Numbered from the stretch's first letter, positions 1 to 9,232 are shown. The stretch is 64,000 nucleotides of DNA from Dehalococcoidia bacterium (GCA_965207225.1 CBDBLV010000005.1:256001-320000), one strand, 5' to 3'. The notes: generated by a model from the sequence alone, not told the origin. Made by a program: numbers and translations.

Positions 1-406
1 CGGAGCCCGACTCGGGCTCGCTGAACCCCTGGCACCAGGTCGTCTCCCCTCGGGCGATGGGCGGGAGGTATTTGCGCTTCTGGTCGGGGGTGCCGTGCTG
101 CATGATGGCCGGAGCAAGCATCCCAATGCCCCAGTTGTCATTGCCGGGGGCCTCGTGGTAGGCCATCTCCTCGGCAAAGATCGCCGATTTCACGTTGGAG
201 GCGTCCTGACCGCCGTACTGTCGGGGCCAGGCCATGGTGAGCCAGTTCCTGTCGATGAGTCCCTGGCGGATATGCCGTTCAAGCTCGACGTCGTCGGTGC
301 GGCCATCTTCGTCGGCGCCCTTCCAGTCGGGGGGGAGTTCGGCCTTGAGGAAGGAGCGGAGGTCTCCTTGGAAGGCGGATTCGTCGGGTGTGAAGGTGAA
401 GTGCAT
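1..406 (-). CDS. acyl-CoA dehydrogenase family protein (5' part only; runs off window edge)
   Basis: Manual translation from ATG at 406 gives MHFTFTPDESAFQGDLRSFLKAE...WLTMAWPRQYGGQ...WCQGFSEPESGS; close paralog of 1364..2542. Confidence 0.9.
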   Translation of the reverse strand, partial: MHFTFTPDESAFQGDLRSFLKAELPPDWKGADEDGRTDDVELERHIRQGLIDRNWLTMAWPRQYGGQDASNVKSAIFAEEMAYHEAPGNDNWGIGMLAPAIMQHGTPDQKRKYLPPIARGETTWCQGFSEPESGS

Positions 407-437
407 GGGTAGTTCGGCCACTATTCTAATGCCCCCA

Positions 438-474
438 CGCTCATACTTCGACTACGCTCAGCATGAGCGGCCCC
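438..474 (+). repeat. REP-like palindromic repeat, family A (CGCTCATACTTCGACTACGCTCAGCATGAGCGGCCCC)
   Basis: Identical copy at 1263-1299; variants at 12319-12355 and, inverted, at 23103-23138, 34243-34278, 35251-35286, 41618-41652; degenerate copies near 12900, 19580, 24100, 35440, 40885-40940, 43906-43944, 61997-62058. Confidence 0.85.
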
Positions 475-506
475 GCACCGCCGGGGATGGAATGATTGAG
501 GGAGAG

Positions 507-926
507 TTAGGATGGAGGTGGGGTACGTTCCAAGGCTGACAGGAATCGGGGGGCGTTTAGGATACTGGCGCCGTGGTGTTCCCCAAGGGGCATAAGGTGT
601 CTTCGGTCGCCGGTGACCAGGTATTGGGCATTTGCGGACGACACACATTCCAGGATTCGGTTGTCGGGGTGGCCGGGCTGGACCACGTCCGGGCGCTTCT
701 CGGGTTCGATGATGCTGGCCGCGTTCCGCAGTGTGCTGATAGCCTGAGACGAGCGTTCTTCAGTCCAACCGAACTTGCGATCAAGCACCCCCGCGACCTC
801 GTCCAGGATGAAGGTGGAGAGGCATAGATCGAACCGTCCCCTGAGGGCCAGTTCAAGGACGAGGCGCTCGTTGCCGGGGAAGTTCAGGCCCGAGACGATG
901 ACGTTGGTGTCGAGGACGACTCTCAC
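507..926 (-). CDS. PIN-domain toxin (VapC-like) of a type II toxin-antitoxin pair
   Basis: MRVVLDTNV..SGL N-terminus, DNRILEC and LVTGDRRHL PIN motifs; overlaps the upstream RHH gene by 4 nt. Confidence 0.9.
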   Translation of the reverse strand: MRVVLDTNVIVSGLNFPGNERLVLELALRGRFDLCLSTFILDEVAGVLDRKFGWTEERSSQAISTLRNAASIIEPEKRPDVVQPGHPDNRILECVSSANAQYLVTGDRRHLMPLGEHHGASILNAPRFLSALERTPPPS

Positions 927-1180
927 GTACGGGAGGAGGCGACTTCGGAGCGGTATTCTTCAACAAGACGGGCCACGTCCTCAGGACCCAGGCCCTTCTC
1001 CCTGGCCCGCTCTTCCCCGTATCGGAGCAGTTGTCTCCACTCACATTCTTCGATGTAGCGAAGAACCGCCTCCCGGAGGAACTCGCTCCTGGAGCGTCCC
1101 TGTTGCTTCATGGCCTGATCCACCCGTTTGGCCATGTCGGGGGGGAGGGAGAAGGTGATTGTCTTGGTGGTCCGCGGCAC
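923..1180 (-). CDS. ribbon-helix-helix (CopG-like) antitoxin
   Basis: KTITFSLPPDM...SRSEFLREAV RHH pattern directly upstream of the PIN gene. Confidence 0.85.
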   Translation of the reverse strand: MPRTTKTITFSLPPDMAKRVDQAMKQQGRSRSEFLREAVLRYIEECEWRQLLRYGEERAREKGLGPEDVARLVEEYRSEVASSRT

Positions 1181-1262
1181 GTTCGTTTCCTGTTACCGAG
1201 TCTTACTGAGATATTGCTAGATAAGGTCGGGTGTGTCAAGGCGGTGGGTTCACCCCCGCTCC

Positions 1263-1299
1263 CGCTCATACTTCGACTACGCTCAGCATGAGCGGCCCC
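1263..1299 (+). repeat. REP-like palindromic repeat, family A
   Basis: Identical to 438-474. Confidence 0.85.
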
Positions 1300-1363
1300 C
1301 CGCCAAGGATGGATTCACGCCATAGGCGCATCTTCGACCGGCTCGGGGGCCGGAATGACGGGG

Positions 1364-2542
1364 CTAAGTGCCCCTCGGAAGCCCCAGCCCCCTAGTCGCG
1401 ATGATATTCCGCTGGATCTCGGAGGTGCCGCCGCCTATGGGCTCGCTGATGCTCCAGAGGTACATGCGGTGGAACTTGCCCTTGAGTCGGGCGTACTTGG
1501 AGTCCTTGGCGAGCTGGCCCATCATGCCGAGGACCTGCATTCCCGTGTTGGCGACCCGCATCAAGAGCTCACTGCTGATTAGCTTGGATATGGAGGCTTC
1601 GTGCTGGGGCTCGAGGCCCTGGTCGACCATCCAGGCGATACGGTAGGCGAGAATCCTGCTCACCTCCGTCTCCAGGACACGGTCGGCCAGCCGGTGGCGC
1701 AGGGCAGGGGTCAACTCCAGCCCGTTGCCGTTGGCCCGACTCTCCTTCAGCAGTGAAATCAGCATGTCCAGGGGTTTGCGCGCCCGAGCAGTATAGGTCG
1801 TACCTTCCCGCTCAAAGTTAAGGGTGGTCATGGCAACGTACCAGCCCCGGTTCACCTCCCCGATAATGTTCTCGGCCGGGACCCGGACGTTGTCAAAATA
1901 CTCCTCGTTGAAATGGTGGTCGCCGACCATGTTGATGATGGGCCGGACGGTGATGCCGGGGGTCTTCATGTCGACTAGGAAATAGGTGATGCCGCGGTGT
2001 TTCGGGGCGTCGGGGTCGGTGCGGGCGAGGACGAACATCCAGTCGGCGAGGTGGGCGCCGCTGGACCAGATCTTCTGGCCGGTTATCAGGTAGTCGTCGC
2101 CGTCTCTCACGGCCCGGGTCTGGAGCGACGCCAGGTCGGAGCCCGACTCCGGTTCGCTGAATCCCTGGGCCCACGTAACTTCTCCACGGGAGATGGGTGG
2201 CAGGTACTTGGCCTTCTGTTCAGGGGTGCCGTGTCGCATGACCGCCGGGGCCAGGAGACCGACGCCCGAGCTGTCCTTGCCGGGGGCCTCGTGGTACATC
2301 ATCTCCTCGGCGAAGATGGCCATCTTCACGTTGGAGGCATCCTGGCCGCCGTACTCTCGGGGCCAGGCCATGGTCAGCCAGCCCCGGTCGATGAGGCGCT
2401 GCCGCATGTACCTCTCGAACTCCACGTCATCGGAGCGGCCGTACTCGTCTGCGCCCTTGTAGCCGGGAGGGATTTCGGCCTTGAGGAAGTCTCGGAGGTC
2501 TTTCTGGAACGCGGCCTCTTCGGGTGTGAAGGTGAAGTGCAT
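1364..2542 (-). CDS. acyl-CoA dehydrogenase family protein
   Basis: WAQGFSEPESGSDLASL, GQKIWSSGAH, LNFER, IGGGTSEIQRNIIA motifs. Confidence 0.95.
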   Translation of the reverse strand: MHFTFTPEEAAFQKDLRDFLKAEIPPGYKGADEYGRSDDVEFERYMRQRLIDRGWLTMAWPREYGGQDASNVKMAIFAEEMMYHEAPGKDSSGVGLLAPAVMRHGTPEQKAKYLPPISRGEVTWAQGFSEPESGSDLASLQTRAVRDGDDYLITGQKIWSSGAHLADWMFVLARTDPDAPKHRGITYFLVDMKTPGITVRPIINMVGDHHFNEEYFDNVRVPAENIIGEVNRGWYVAMTTLNFEREGTTYTARARKPLDMLISLLKESRANGNGLELTPALRHRLADRVLETEVSRILAYRIAWMVDQGLEPQHEASISKLISSELLMRVANTGMQVLGMMGQLAKDSKYARLKGKFHRMYLWSISEPIGGGTSEIQRNIIATRGLGLPRGT

Positions 2543-2614
2543 GGGCGTATTCCCGGGGCTTATGATTATGGGGCGTCGTCATTATAGCCGAGCCATTGAA
2601 CAGTCGAGGTCTCC

Positions 2615-3229
2615 ATGAAAGTAATCGTATTCGGGGCCACGGGGAAGACGGGGATACACGTTTGCTGGCAGGCGCTGGAGCAGGGCCACAAGGTAACCGC
2701 ATTCGCCCGCTCGGTGGGAAAGGTTGAAGGAAAGGGTCTACGACTCCAGGTTGCCCAGGGGAATGTCACGGACGCCGACTCCGTGGCGGCGTCCGTGGCC
2801 GGCCATGATGCAGCGATTGTTGCCCTGGGCAGCAACGGGCTGCGAGACAGGACGACGCTGAGGGTCGGGACCCGGAACGTGGTGGAGGGGATGACAAAGC
2901 ATGGGATCGGGCGGCTGGTGGTGTTGTCGGCGGCGGGGGTGGGCGAGAGCTGGGGGCAGGTGCCCTTGATTGCCAAGATCATGTTCCGCACGCTGCTGCG
3001 CAACATCTACGCCGACCACGTGGCGCAGGAGAAGGTGATCATGGAAAGCTCCCTGGACTGGACGATAGTCCGGGCGGCTATTCTGAAAGACGGGTCGGCC
3101 ACCGGGGAATGCAGGGCGGGCAATGAGGGGAAGGTCGGGAAGATAAACCGGGCGGACGTGGCTCGGTTCCTGGTCCGGCAGGTGGATGATGCGGGCTATA
3201 GCAGGCAGGCGATTTCGGTTACGGGGTGA
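2615..3229 (+). CDS. NAD(P)H-binding protein (flavin reductase/BVR-B-like atypical SDR)
   Basis: VIVFGATGKTG Rossmann motif, LDWTIVR, INRADVA. Confidence 0.9.
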   Translation: MKVIVFGATGKTGIHVCWQALEQGHKVTAFARSVGKVEGKGLRLQVAQGNVTDADSVAASVAGHDAAIVALGSNGLRDRTTLRVGTRNVVEGMTKHGIGRLVVLSAAGVGESWGQVPLIAKIMFRTLLRNIYADHVAQEKVIMESSLDWTIVRAAILKDGSATGECRAGNEGKVGKINRADVARFLVRQVDDAGYSRQAISVTG

Positions 3230-3296
3230 GGGGTGGGGTCGATGGGGGGAAGTGGGGTGGTGGTTAGTCAGGGGGGATCTTTAGTCTTAAGTCAGA

Positions 3297-3686
3297 TCAG
3301 TCAGAAGTGTTGGATGACTCCAACTCGGCTAGTATTGCCTTTTGTACGGATTCAGGATTCGTTAAGACTTGATTGTTCCAGAACCTCAATACCCTGAATC
3401 CTCCCTCCATCAGTCCCCTAGTCCTCATTTCGTCATGGCCTGACTGTTCTTGATGATGTCCACCGTCTACTTCAATCACTAACTTTGCTTCGAAGCAGAC
3501 GAAGTCGACGATGTAATTTCGGAGTGGGATCTGTCTGCGGAACTTGTAGCTGCTTAGCTGACGATTGCGGAGGATGCTCCACAGTTTTCTCTCGGCGTCC
3601 GTGGATGCTTTTCTTAGACGTTGGGCTGCGTTTTTTTGCTCAACCGGCTTGCGTAGTCGAGCGAGTTCTTGTGAGTTTCGTTTCAC
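3297..3686 (-). CDS. DUF559 / Vsr-like endonuclease domain protein (start uncertain; GTG at 3686 or 3815)
   Basis: LRKASTDAERKLW..LRNRQL..KFRRQ..YIVDFVC..KLVIEVDGGHH..D..R..GFRVLRFWNNQV. Confidence 0.88.
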   Translation of the reverse strand: MKRNSQELARLRKPVEQKNAAQRLRKASTDAERKLWSILRNRQLSSYKFRRQIPLRNYIVDFVCFEAKLVIEVDGGHHQEQSGHDEMRTRGLMEGGFRVLRFWNNQVLTNPESVQKAILAELESSNTSD

Positions 3687-4012
3687 CCTCACCCTAGCCC
3701 TCTCCCATCGAGGGAGAGGGGACAGGACCCCCACTCCACTGCTCTGTGTCAAGTGTTGGGCTTTGGGCCTTTTGGTCAACCGGGTTGCGTAGTCGAGCGC
3801 GTTCTTGTGAGTCACGTTTCACCCTCACCCTAGCCCTCTCCCATCGAGGGAGAGGGGACTGGGCCCCCTACCCACTGCCCTGTGTCGGGTGTTGAGCTTT
3901 GGGCCTTCAGATCAACCGGGTTGCGTAGTCGAGCGGGTTCTTGTGAGTTTCGTTTCACCCTCACCCTAGCCCTCTCCCATCGAGGGAGAGGGGACTGGGG
4001 CCCCCTACCCCA
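3641..4012. repeat. tandem array of three ~136-bp units, each with a family B hairpin (TCACCCTCACCCTAGCCCTCTCCCATCGAGGGAGAGGGGA)
   Basis: Units start with CAACCGG at 3641, 3777 and 3913 (period 136; third unit partial); a related hairpin lies inverted near 59016-59047. Confidence 0.9.
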
Positions 4013-4032
4013 GTTCCCCGGAATGGCGGGAG

Positions 4033-5208
4033 TTATGCCCCCCTCGGGAGGCCGAGGCCGCGGGTGGCGATGATGTTGCGCTGGACCTCGCTGGTGCCGC
4101 CGGCTATGGTGCGGCTGATGGCGTTCAGGTAGGTCCTTTCGACGTAGCCCTTGAAGGGTGCCCACTTGGAGTCTTCCGTCAGCTGCCCCGACATGCCCAG
4201 TATCTGCATGGCCAGGTTGACGCACTCCTGTACCATTTCAGCCCCGTAGGCCTTGGCCACGGACGCTTCGTAGTTGGGCACCTGGCCGACACTCTGCAGC
4301 CACATAACCCGGTAGGAGAGCATCCGCGAAATCTCGGCGTTGATGCGCATCTCGGCGAGCTTGCCCTTGGTGCCCGGTTCGTCGGCCATGACGCCGCCGT
4401 TCCAGGGCGTGTCTTTGACGTACTGGAGCAGGTCGTCGATCATTCGCCGGGTGTCGGCGGAGTTCTCGATGCCCGTGCGTTCGAAGTCGAGGGTCGACAT
4501 GGCGGCGTACCAGCCCCGGTTCACCTCGCCAATCACGTTCTCCTTGGGCACCCGGACGTTGTCGAGGAAAATCTCGTTGAAGCGGTGGTGGCCCGTGAGG
4601 TCGGTGATGCCGCGCACCTCGACGCCGGGGGTCTTCATGTCGATGAGGAAGTAGGTGATGCCTCGGTGCTTGGGGGCGTCGGGGTCCGTGCGGGCGAGGA
4701 GATGGCACCAGTCCGACACGTGGGCGCCGCTGGACCATATCTTCTGGCCGGTAATAACGAAGTCGTCGCCGTCCTCCACTGCCCTCGTCGAAAGCGAGGC
4801 GAGGTCGGAGCCCGACTCCGGTTCGCTGAACCCCTGGCACCAGTTGACACTCCCATCGGATATGGGCCGCAGGTGCTCGAGCTTCTGCTGTTCCGTGCCG
4901 TGGATCATGAGGCAGGGGCCTATGAACCCGACACCCTGGATGTCCTTGCCCGGGGCCCGGTGATAGGCCATCTCCTCGCTGTAGATCATCGACTGTCCCG
5001 GCGAAGCGTCCGATCCCCCGTACTCCTTGGGCCAGGAGATCGCCAGCCAGCCCTTTTCTCCCAGCTTCTTCCTCATCTCCAGGGTGAAGGGCCACACGCT
5101 CTCATCGTAGGCCTCTTCGCCCCACCAGTTGTCGGGCAGCTGGTCCTGGAGGAAGGTGGTGAGGTCGCTCCTGAACTGCCTGTCTTCCTCGCTGAAAGTG
5201 AACTCCAT
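4033..5208 (-). CDS. acyl-CoA dehydrogenase family protein
   Basis: WCQGFSEPESGSDLASL, LDFER, IAGGTSEVQRNIIA. Confidence 0.95.
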   Translation of the reverse strand: MEFTFSEEDRQFRSDLTTFLQDQLPDNWWGEEAYDESVWPFTLEMRKKLGEKGWLAISWPKEYGGSDASPGQSMIYSEEMAYHRAPGKDIQGVGFIGPCLMIHGTEQQKLEHLRPISDGSVNWCQGFSEPESGSDLASLSTRAVEDGDDFVITGQKIWSSGAHVSDWCHLLARTDPDAPKHRGITYFLIDMKTPGVEVRGITDLTGHHRFNEIFLDNVRVPKENVIGEVNRGWYAAMSTLDFERTGIENSADTRRMIDDLLQYVKDTPWNGGVMADEPGTKGKLAEMRINAEISRMLSYRVMWLQSVGQVPNYEASVAKAYGAEMVQECVNLAMQILGMSGQLTEDSKWAPFKGYVERTYLNAISRTIAGGTSEVQRNIIATRGLGLPRGA

Positions 5209-5217
5209 CGGATGCTC

Positions 5218-6312
5218 CTATGCCATGCTCGATAGACCCGAGACCAGGGTCCGGTGTACTTCGGAAGTGCCGAGATAAATGGATGCGGCGGATGACTCCA
5301 AATAAAGGCGCTGCACGGGCCCCTGGAGACCTTGTCCCTGGAGGCCGATTGCGTTGAATGCCGTCTCCGCGACTCTCTGAAAGACCTCTGAACTGAAGAG
5401 TTTGGCCATTGATGCCCGACGCCTGGACTGCTCACTCCCTCGTTCGGGCCGAAGGCTGCGATAGGATAGCAGACGGGCAACTTCGATGTCCACAGAAGCC
5501 TCGGCGAGGCGGGCCCTTCGACCCGTGCTGACTGCCCCGTGATCTATGGTGAAATCCAGCATTCGTCGGGCCCAACCGATGTGCTCGAAGCCGGCGCGGG
5601 CCTCGGTGAGGAACTCTTCCACGATCTCCCACCCCCGACCCCTCTCCCCAAGGATGGCCGACTCCGGGACGACGACGTCATCGAGAAATATCTCCGAGAA
5701 GATTCGACCCGTTGTGTACTCGGTGGGGTTCAGGAAGATGCCGGGCGTCGACATGTCCAGGAGGAACCATGTCAGTCCCTCGCGCCCCGATGAACCCTCG
5801 TCTGTCCGGGCCAGCAGGTGACACCACCCCGAGTTTTGGGCCCACTCGCCGTAGTCCTTCTGCCCGTTCAGGATGAAGCCGCAGTCTTGCTTCCTGGCCC
5901 GGGTCCTGATGTTGGCGAGGTCGGTGCCGGCCAGGGGCTCGGTGAACCCGACACACCACCACTCCCGGCCATCCGCCAACGGTCCGAGGTGATCTTGCTG
6001 CTGTTCTCGGGTGCCGTGCCTCAGGAGGAGGGGCCCGGCGAGGTCGGTGCCGTGGTCGTTGGCCCGGGGCACGAGGTGATAGGCCAACTCCTCCCACAGC
6101 ATCGCAGCTTTGACCGGGGAAGCCTCCCCGTAGGGCGGCACCCACCCGAGGGTCAGCCACCCCCTCTCCCCCAACCCCTCCCTGACCACCCGGGCGCGGG
6201 CCTGGTACTCCTCGTCGTCTCGGGGCATGTCCCAGCCGGCGGTGACATCGGCCAAATAGGCACGGGCGTCGGACTGGAAGGCGAGTTCCTCGGGGGAGGG
6301 GTGGAAGTTCAT
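5218..6312 (-). CDS. divergent acyl-CoA dehydrogenase family protein (possibly a non-catalytic subunit)
   Basis: GFTEPLAGTDLA, LNGQKDY, IYLGTSEVHR; the LxFER motif is replaced by LTEAR. Confidence 0.85.
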   Translation of the reverse strand: MNFHPSPEELAFQSDARAYLADVTAGWDMPRDDEEYQARARVVREGLGERGWLTLGWVPPYGEASPVKAAMLWEELAYHLVPRANDHGTDLAGPLLLRHGTREQQQDHLGPLADGREWWCVGFTEPLAGTDLANIRTRARKQDCGFILNGQKDYGEWAQNSGWCHLLARTDEGSSGREGLTWFLLDMSTPGIFLNPTEYTTGRIFSEIFLDDVVVPESAILGERGRGWEIVEEFLTEARAGFEHIGWARRMLDFTIDHGAVSTGRRARLAEASVDIEVARLLSYRSLRPERGSEQSRRRASMAKLFSSEVFQRVAETAFNAIGLQGQGLQGPVQRLYLESSAASIYLGTSEVHRTLVSGLSSMA

Positions 6313-6354
6313 GGGGAGAGGCGCAAGACGCCCTTGTTCAGGCGCTGTAACGAC

Positions 6355-6834
6355 TCAAAACCAGGCTTTACGGCCCTTGACGTAGGTGGCTTCGAATTCG
6401 GCGTCGGGCTTGGTGAGGTAGATGATGCCCTCGACCAGGGCGATTATGCCTATCACCAGCAATACGATGAGCCCGATGCCGAACACAAATAACAGCGCAA
6501 TCCCGAGAATGAACAGAACCAGCATCAAGGCCCCCTGCCCCGAGTAGCCCAGGTAGAACTTGTGCGCCCCGAGGGTCCCGAACAGGATGGCGAGTATTCC
6601 CGCCACCACCTTGTTCTTTTCGCTAGGGGCGGTCGCCGGTGCTTCTTCGCGGACGAGATAGATGCTTACCGCCTGGTCGGTGTCGGCGGCGACCTGGAAG
6701 TCAACGTGGACGCCCTGGACGGGCAGGTCCTGCTCCCTCCATTGGGGGCCCTCAAAAGTGTAGCGCCGACCATCGTCGCCGGAGATGACGCCTGCGTTGT
6801 CCTGGACGGAGTAGCTGAGGACTCGGCCTTTCAA
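6355..6834 (-). CDS. TM2-domain membrane protein with N-terminal OB-fold (cold-shock-like) domain
   Basis: MKGRVL...GVISGDDGRRYTF N-terminus; KNKVVAGILAILFGTLGAHKFYLG TM2 motif. Confidence 0.85.
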   Translation of the reverse strand: MKGRVLSYSVQDNAGVISGDDGRRYTFEGPQWREQDLPVQGVHVDFQVAADTDQAVSIYLVREEAPATAPSEKNKVVAGILAILFGTLGAHKFYLGYSGQGALMLVLFILGIALLFVFGIGLIVLLVIGIIALVEGIIYLTKPDAEFEATYVKGRKAWF

Positions 6835-6846
6835 GGTTGGACCCTC

Positions 6847-8022
6847 CTACGTCCCCCGAGGCAGCCCCAGCCCCCGACGCGCGATGATCCCCCTCTGCAC
6901 TTCCGAGGTGCCGGAGTAGATAGCCCCGGCCACGACGTTCAGGTAGAAGTTGGGAACGACACCCTCCAGGGCGGCGTACTTGGACCCTTCGTGGAGCTGA
7001 CTCCCGAGACCCAGGATGTGGGTGAAGGTGTTCGCCACCTGGATCCACATCTCCGACCCGTACAGCTTGCCTATCGAGGCCTCGTGGTTGGGCACGAGAC
7101 CTGCGCCCTGCATCCAGGCGATGCGGTAGCACAGCAGCCGGCTGACTTCGATGTCGATGGCGGCCTCGGATAGTTTGCCCTTTACGCTTGGATCATCGAT
7201 GAGGGTTTTGCCGTTGACCCTGGTTTCCTCGGCGTAGCGCTTGACGTCTTCATAGACCCGTCGGGCGCGGGCCGGGTACTCGATGCCCGACCTCTCGAAG
7301 TCCAGCGCCGACATCGCCGCATACCAACCCCGGTTCTTTTCGCCGAGCATGTTCTTCTTGGGCACCCGGACGTTGTCGAAGGTGACCTCGTTGAAGTGGT
7401 GACTTCCCGCCATGGTTATCAGGGGCCGGATGGAGATGCCTGGGGTGGTCATGTCCAGAAGGAAGTAGGTGATGCCCCGGTGCTTGGGGGCATCGGGGTC
7501 CGTGCGGGTCAGAATGTGCATCCACGTGGCCAGGTGGGCGAAGCTGGTCCATATCTTGCGGCCGTTGATAACGTAGTCGTCTCCGTCCTCCACGGCCCGG
7601 GTCTGGAGGCCCGCCAGGTCGGAACCGGCCTCGGGTTCACTGAAACCCTGGCACCAGAAGGCCTCGCCCCTTGAGATACGGCTCAGGTGCTCCTTCTTCT
7701 GCTCCTCCGTACCGTGGATGATGATGGTCGGGCCTACGAAGTCGATACCTTGGTCCTCGATCTTGGTGGCGCCGCGGTAGCTGATCATCTCCTTGTAGAT
7801 GAGTTGCATGACAGGCGATGCGCCGCCCCCGCCGTACTCCTTGGGCCAGGCCATGGTGCGCCAGCCCTTCTCGCCGAACTTGCGGCGCATCTCCATCTCC
7901 TGCCTGCCGACGGCGTAGATGTCGGGCTGAGGCTCGTCCCAGTCCTCGGGCATCTCGGTGTCCAGGAACTCGGTGAGCTCCTTCTGAAAGGCCTTTTCCT
8001 CGGTGGTAAGTGCGAAATCCAT
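6847..8022 (-). CDS. acyl-CoA dehydrogenase family protein
   Basis: WCQGFSEPEAGSDLAGL, LDFER, IYSGTSEVQR. Confidence 0.95.
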   Translation of the reverse strand: MDFALTTEEKAFQKELTEFLDTEMPEDWDEPQPDIYAVGRQEMEMRRKFGEKGWRTMAWPKEYGGGGASPVMQLIYKEMISYRGATKIEDQGIDFVGPTIIIHGTEEQKKEHLSRISRGEAFWCQGFSEPEAGSDLAGLQTRAVEDGDDYVINGRKIWTSFAHLATWMHILTRTDPDAPKHRGITYFLLDMTTPGISIRPLITMAGSHHFNEVTFDNVRVPKKNMLGEKNRGWYAAMSALDFERSGIEYPARARRVYEDVKRYAEETRVNGKTLIDDPSVKGKLSEAAIDIEVSRLLCYRIAWMQGAGLVPNHEASIGKLYGSEMWIQVANTFTHILGLGSQLHEGSKYAALEGVVPNFYLNVVAGAIYSGTSEVQRGIIARRGLGLPRGT

Positions 8023-8172
8023 GACGGCTCCTTTACAGGGTGCGCGGGTATGGGGCTATTGTATTCGGGCGGGGGGTGGGGGGCAAACGGGGGGAGTTGA
8101 CAGGCTAAACTGAGATTACGTAGTCTGATTGCTCAAAGGTGCACCCTGCCGTGGGCCTGGGAGGGCTAGAGA

Positions 8173-8379
8173 ATGAAACTGAATGTCACCATCGATCGAG
8201 ATGAAGACGGCGTCTGGATTGTCGAGTGCCCGTCGATTCCCGGTTGCGTTAGCCAAGGGGCCACGAAAGACGAAGCCCTGGTCAACATTCGGGAAGCCAT
8301 TGCCCTTTGCATCGAAGTGCGCGCTGAACAGGGATTGCCGTTAGCCGTTGAGACGCAGCAGGTGGAAGTTACCCTTTAA
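8173..8379 (+). CDS. hicB: HicB-family antitoxin (short form)
   Basis: DEDGVWIVECPSIPGCVSQGATKDEALVNIREAI is the HicB signature; GGAGG RBS upstream. Confidence 0.88.
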   Translation: MKLNVTIDRDEDGVWIVECPSIPGCVSQGATKDEALVNIREAIALCIEVRAEQGLPLAVETQQVEVTL

Positions 8380-8437
8380 TGCCTCGGCTGCAGGTTGGGA
8401 GGGACCCCGGACGGAAGCGGTGGGGTGAGGAAGAAGC

Positions 8438-8899
8438 CTAAAGGCCTCGGAGGTGGGCGAAGTTTACGGCGGTATCCGGAGCCTGAGCCCAAGCGGCTAG
8501 GTACAGATCTAGGTCAACTGTCACTAGGGGTGTGGCGGACGATAGGGTCTGCAGGAGAGCTGCGTCAGTAAGCCCCAGTCTAGTGAACGCGTCGTTGGAT
8601 GATGCCTCGGTGCTAGTGATGACGATTTCCCGACTGGTTTCGATAACGTGGCGGAGCATATCAAAAAAGCGGGACCGGTCGGGTTCCCTATGTTGAGCGA
8701 GCAGGTTCGAAGTTTCCGTGAGGGTGTTGGGAGTGACGAATACCTGATCAACTGTTGTCAGCAGATCATTCAACGCATCGTAGTCTTCGACCGTAAATGC
8801 CTGCAACCGTCTGTGTCTCTGGATGAGATGTCGGCCCACATTTCCGACTACCAGAAGCACCAACAGGTTGCTGTCGACGAAATATCCAGTCGGAGGCAA
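8438..8899 (-). CDS. PIN-domain protein
   Basis: YFVDSNLL, TPNTLTETSNL, LGLTDAALL, LVTVDLDL acidic PIN residues. Confidence 0.8.
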   Translation of the reverse strand: MPPTGYFVDSNLLVLLVVGNVGRHLIQRHRRLQAFTVEDYDALNDLLTTVDQVFVTPNTLTETSNLLAQHREPDRSRFFDMLRHVIETSREIVITSTEASSNDAFTRLGLTDAALLQTLSSATPLVTVDLDLYLAAWAQAPDTAVNFAHLRGL

Positions 8900-8903
8900 A
8901 GAG

Positions 8904-9188
8904 TCAGTCCCGCGTGACCAGGATGCGGTCTTTCAGGGACTCGACTTTGCCGCTCTGGTCGTCGACCTGGACTACCTTATAGGAGCGCTCAAACGGGCTG
9001 GCTAATTTTTCCGCGGCGGTCTGGGGGTTTCTTCGGTGCCAGGGTCTCGAAAAACCTATAGTGATCTTCCAAGTGCCCGACTCATCTTCGTAGACGACTT
9101 CCTCCAAGCCGACATTGGCAGTAGACTCGCTTTCGAATATCTCCGAAACATATTGCTTGGCAATTTGTACGGCTTGTTTCACGTCCAT
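8904..9188 (-). CDS. hypothetical protein, probable partner of the downstream PIN protein
   Basis: 94-aa ORF ending 4 nt upstream of the PIN gene; LEEV...WKITIGF...YKVVQVD pattern. Confidence 0.7.
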   Translation of the reverse strand: MDVKQAVQIAKQYVSEIFESESTANVGLEEVVYEDESGTWKITIGFSRPWHRRNPQTAAEKLASPFERSYKVVQVDDQSGKVESLKDRILVTRD

Positions 9189-9232
9189 CTTGTCACCCCG
9201 ATGTGGTGTTACAAGATTAGATTATAGCCCCC

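Noticed and set aside
3641-4012. CRISPR array
   Set aside because: The sequences between the invariant cores are ~95 bp and homologous to each other, there are only three units, and no cas genes are present.
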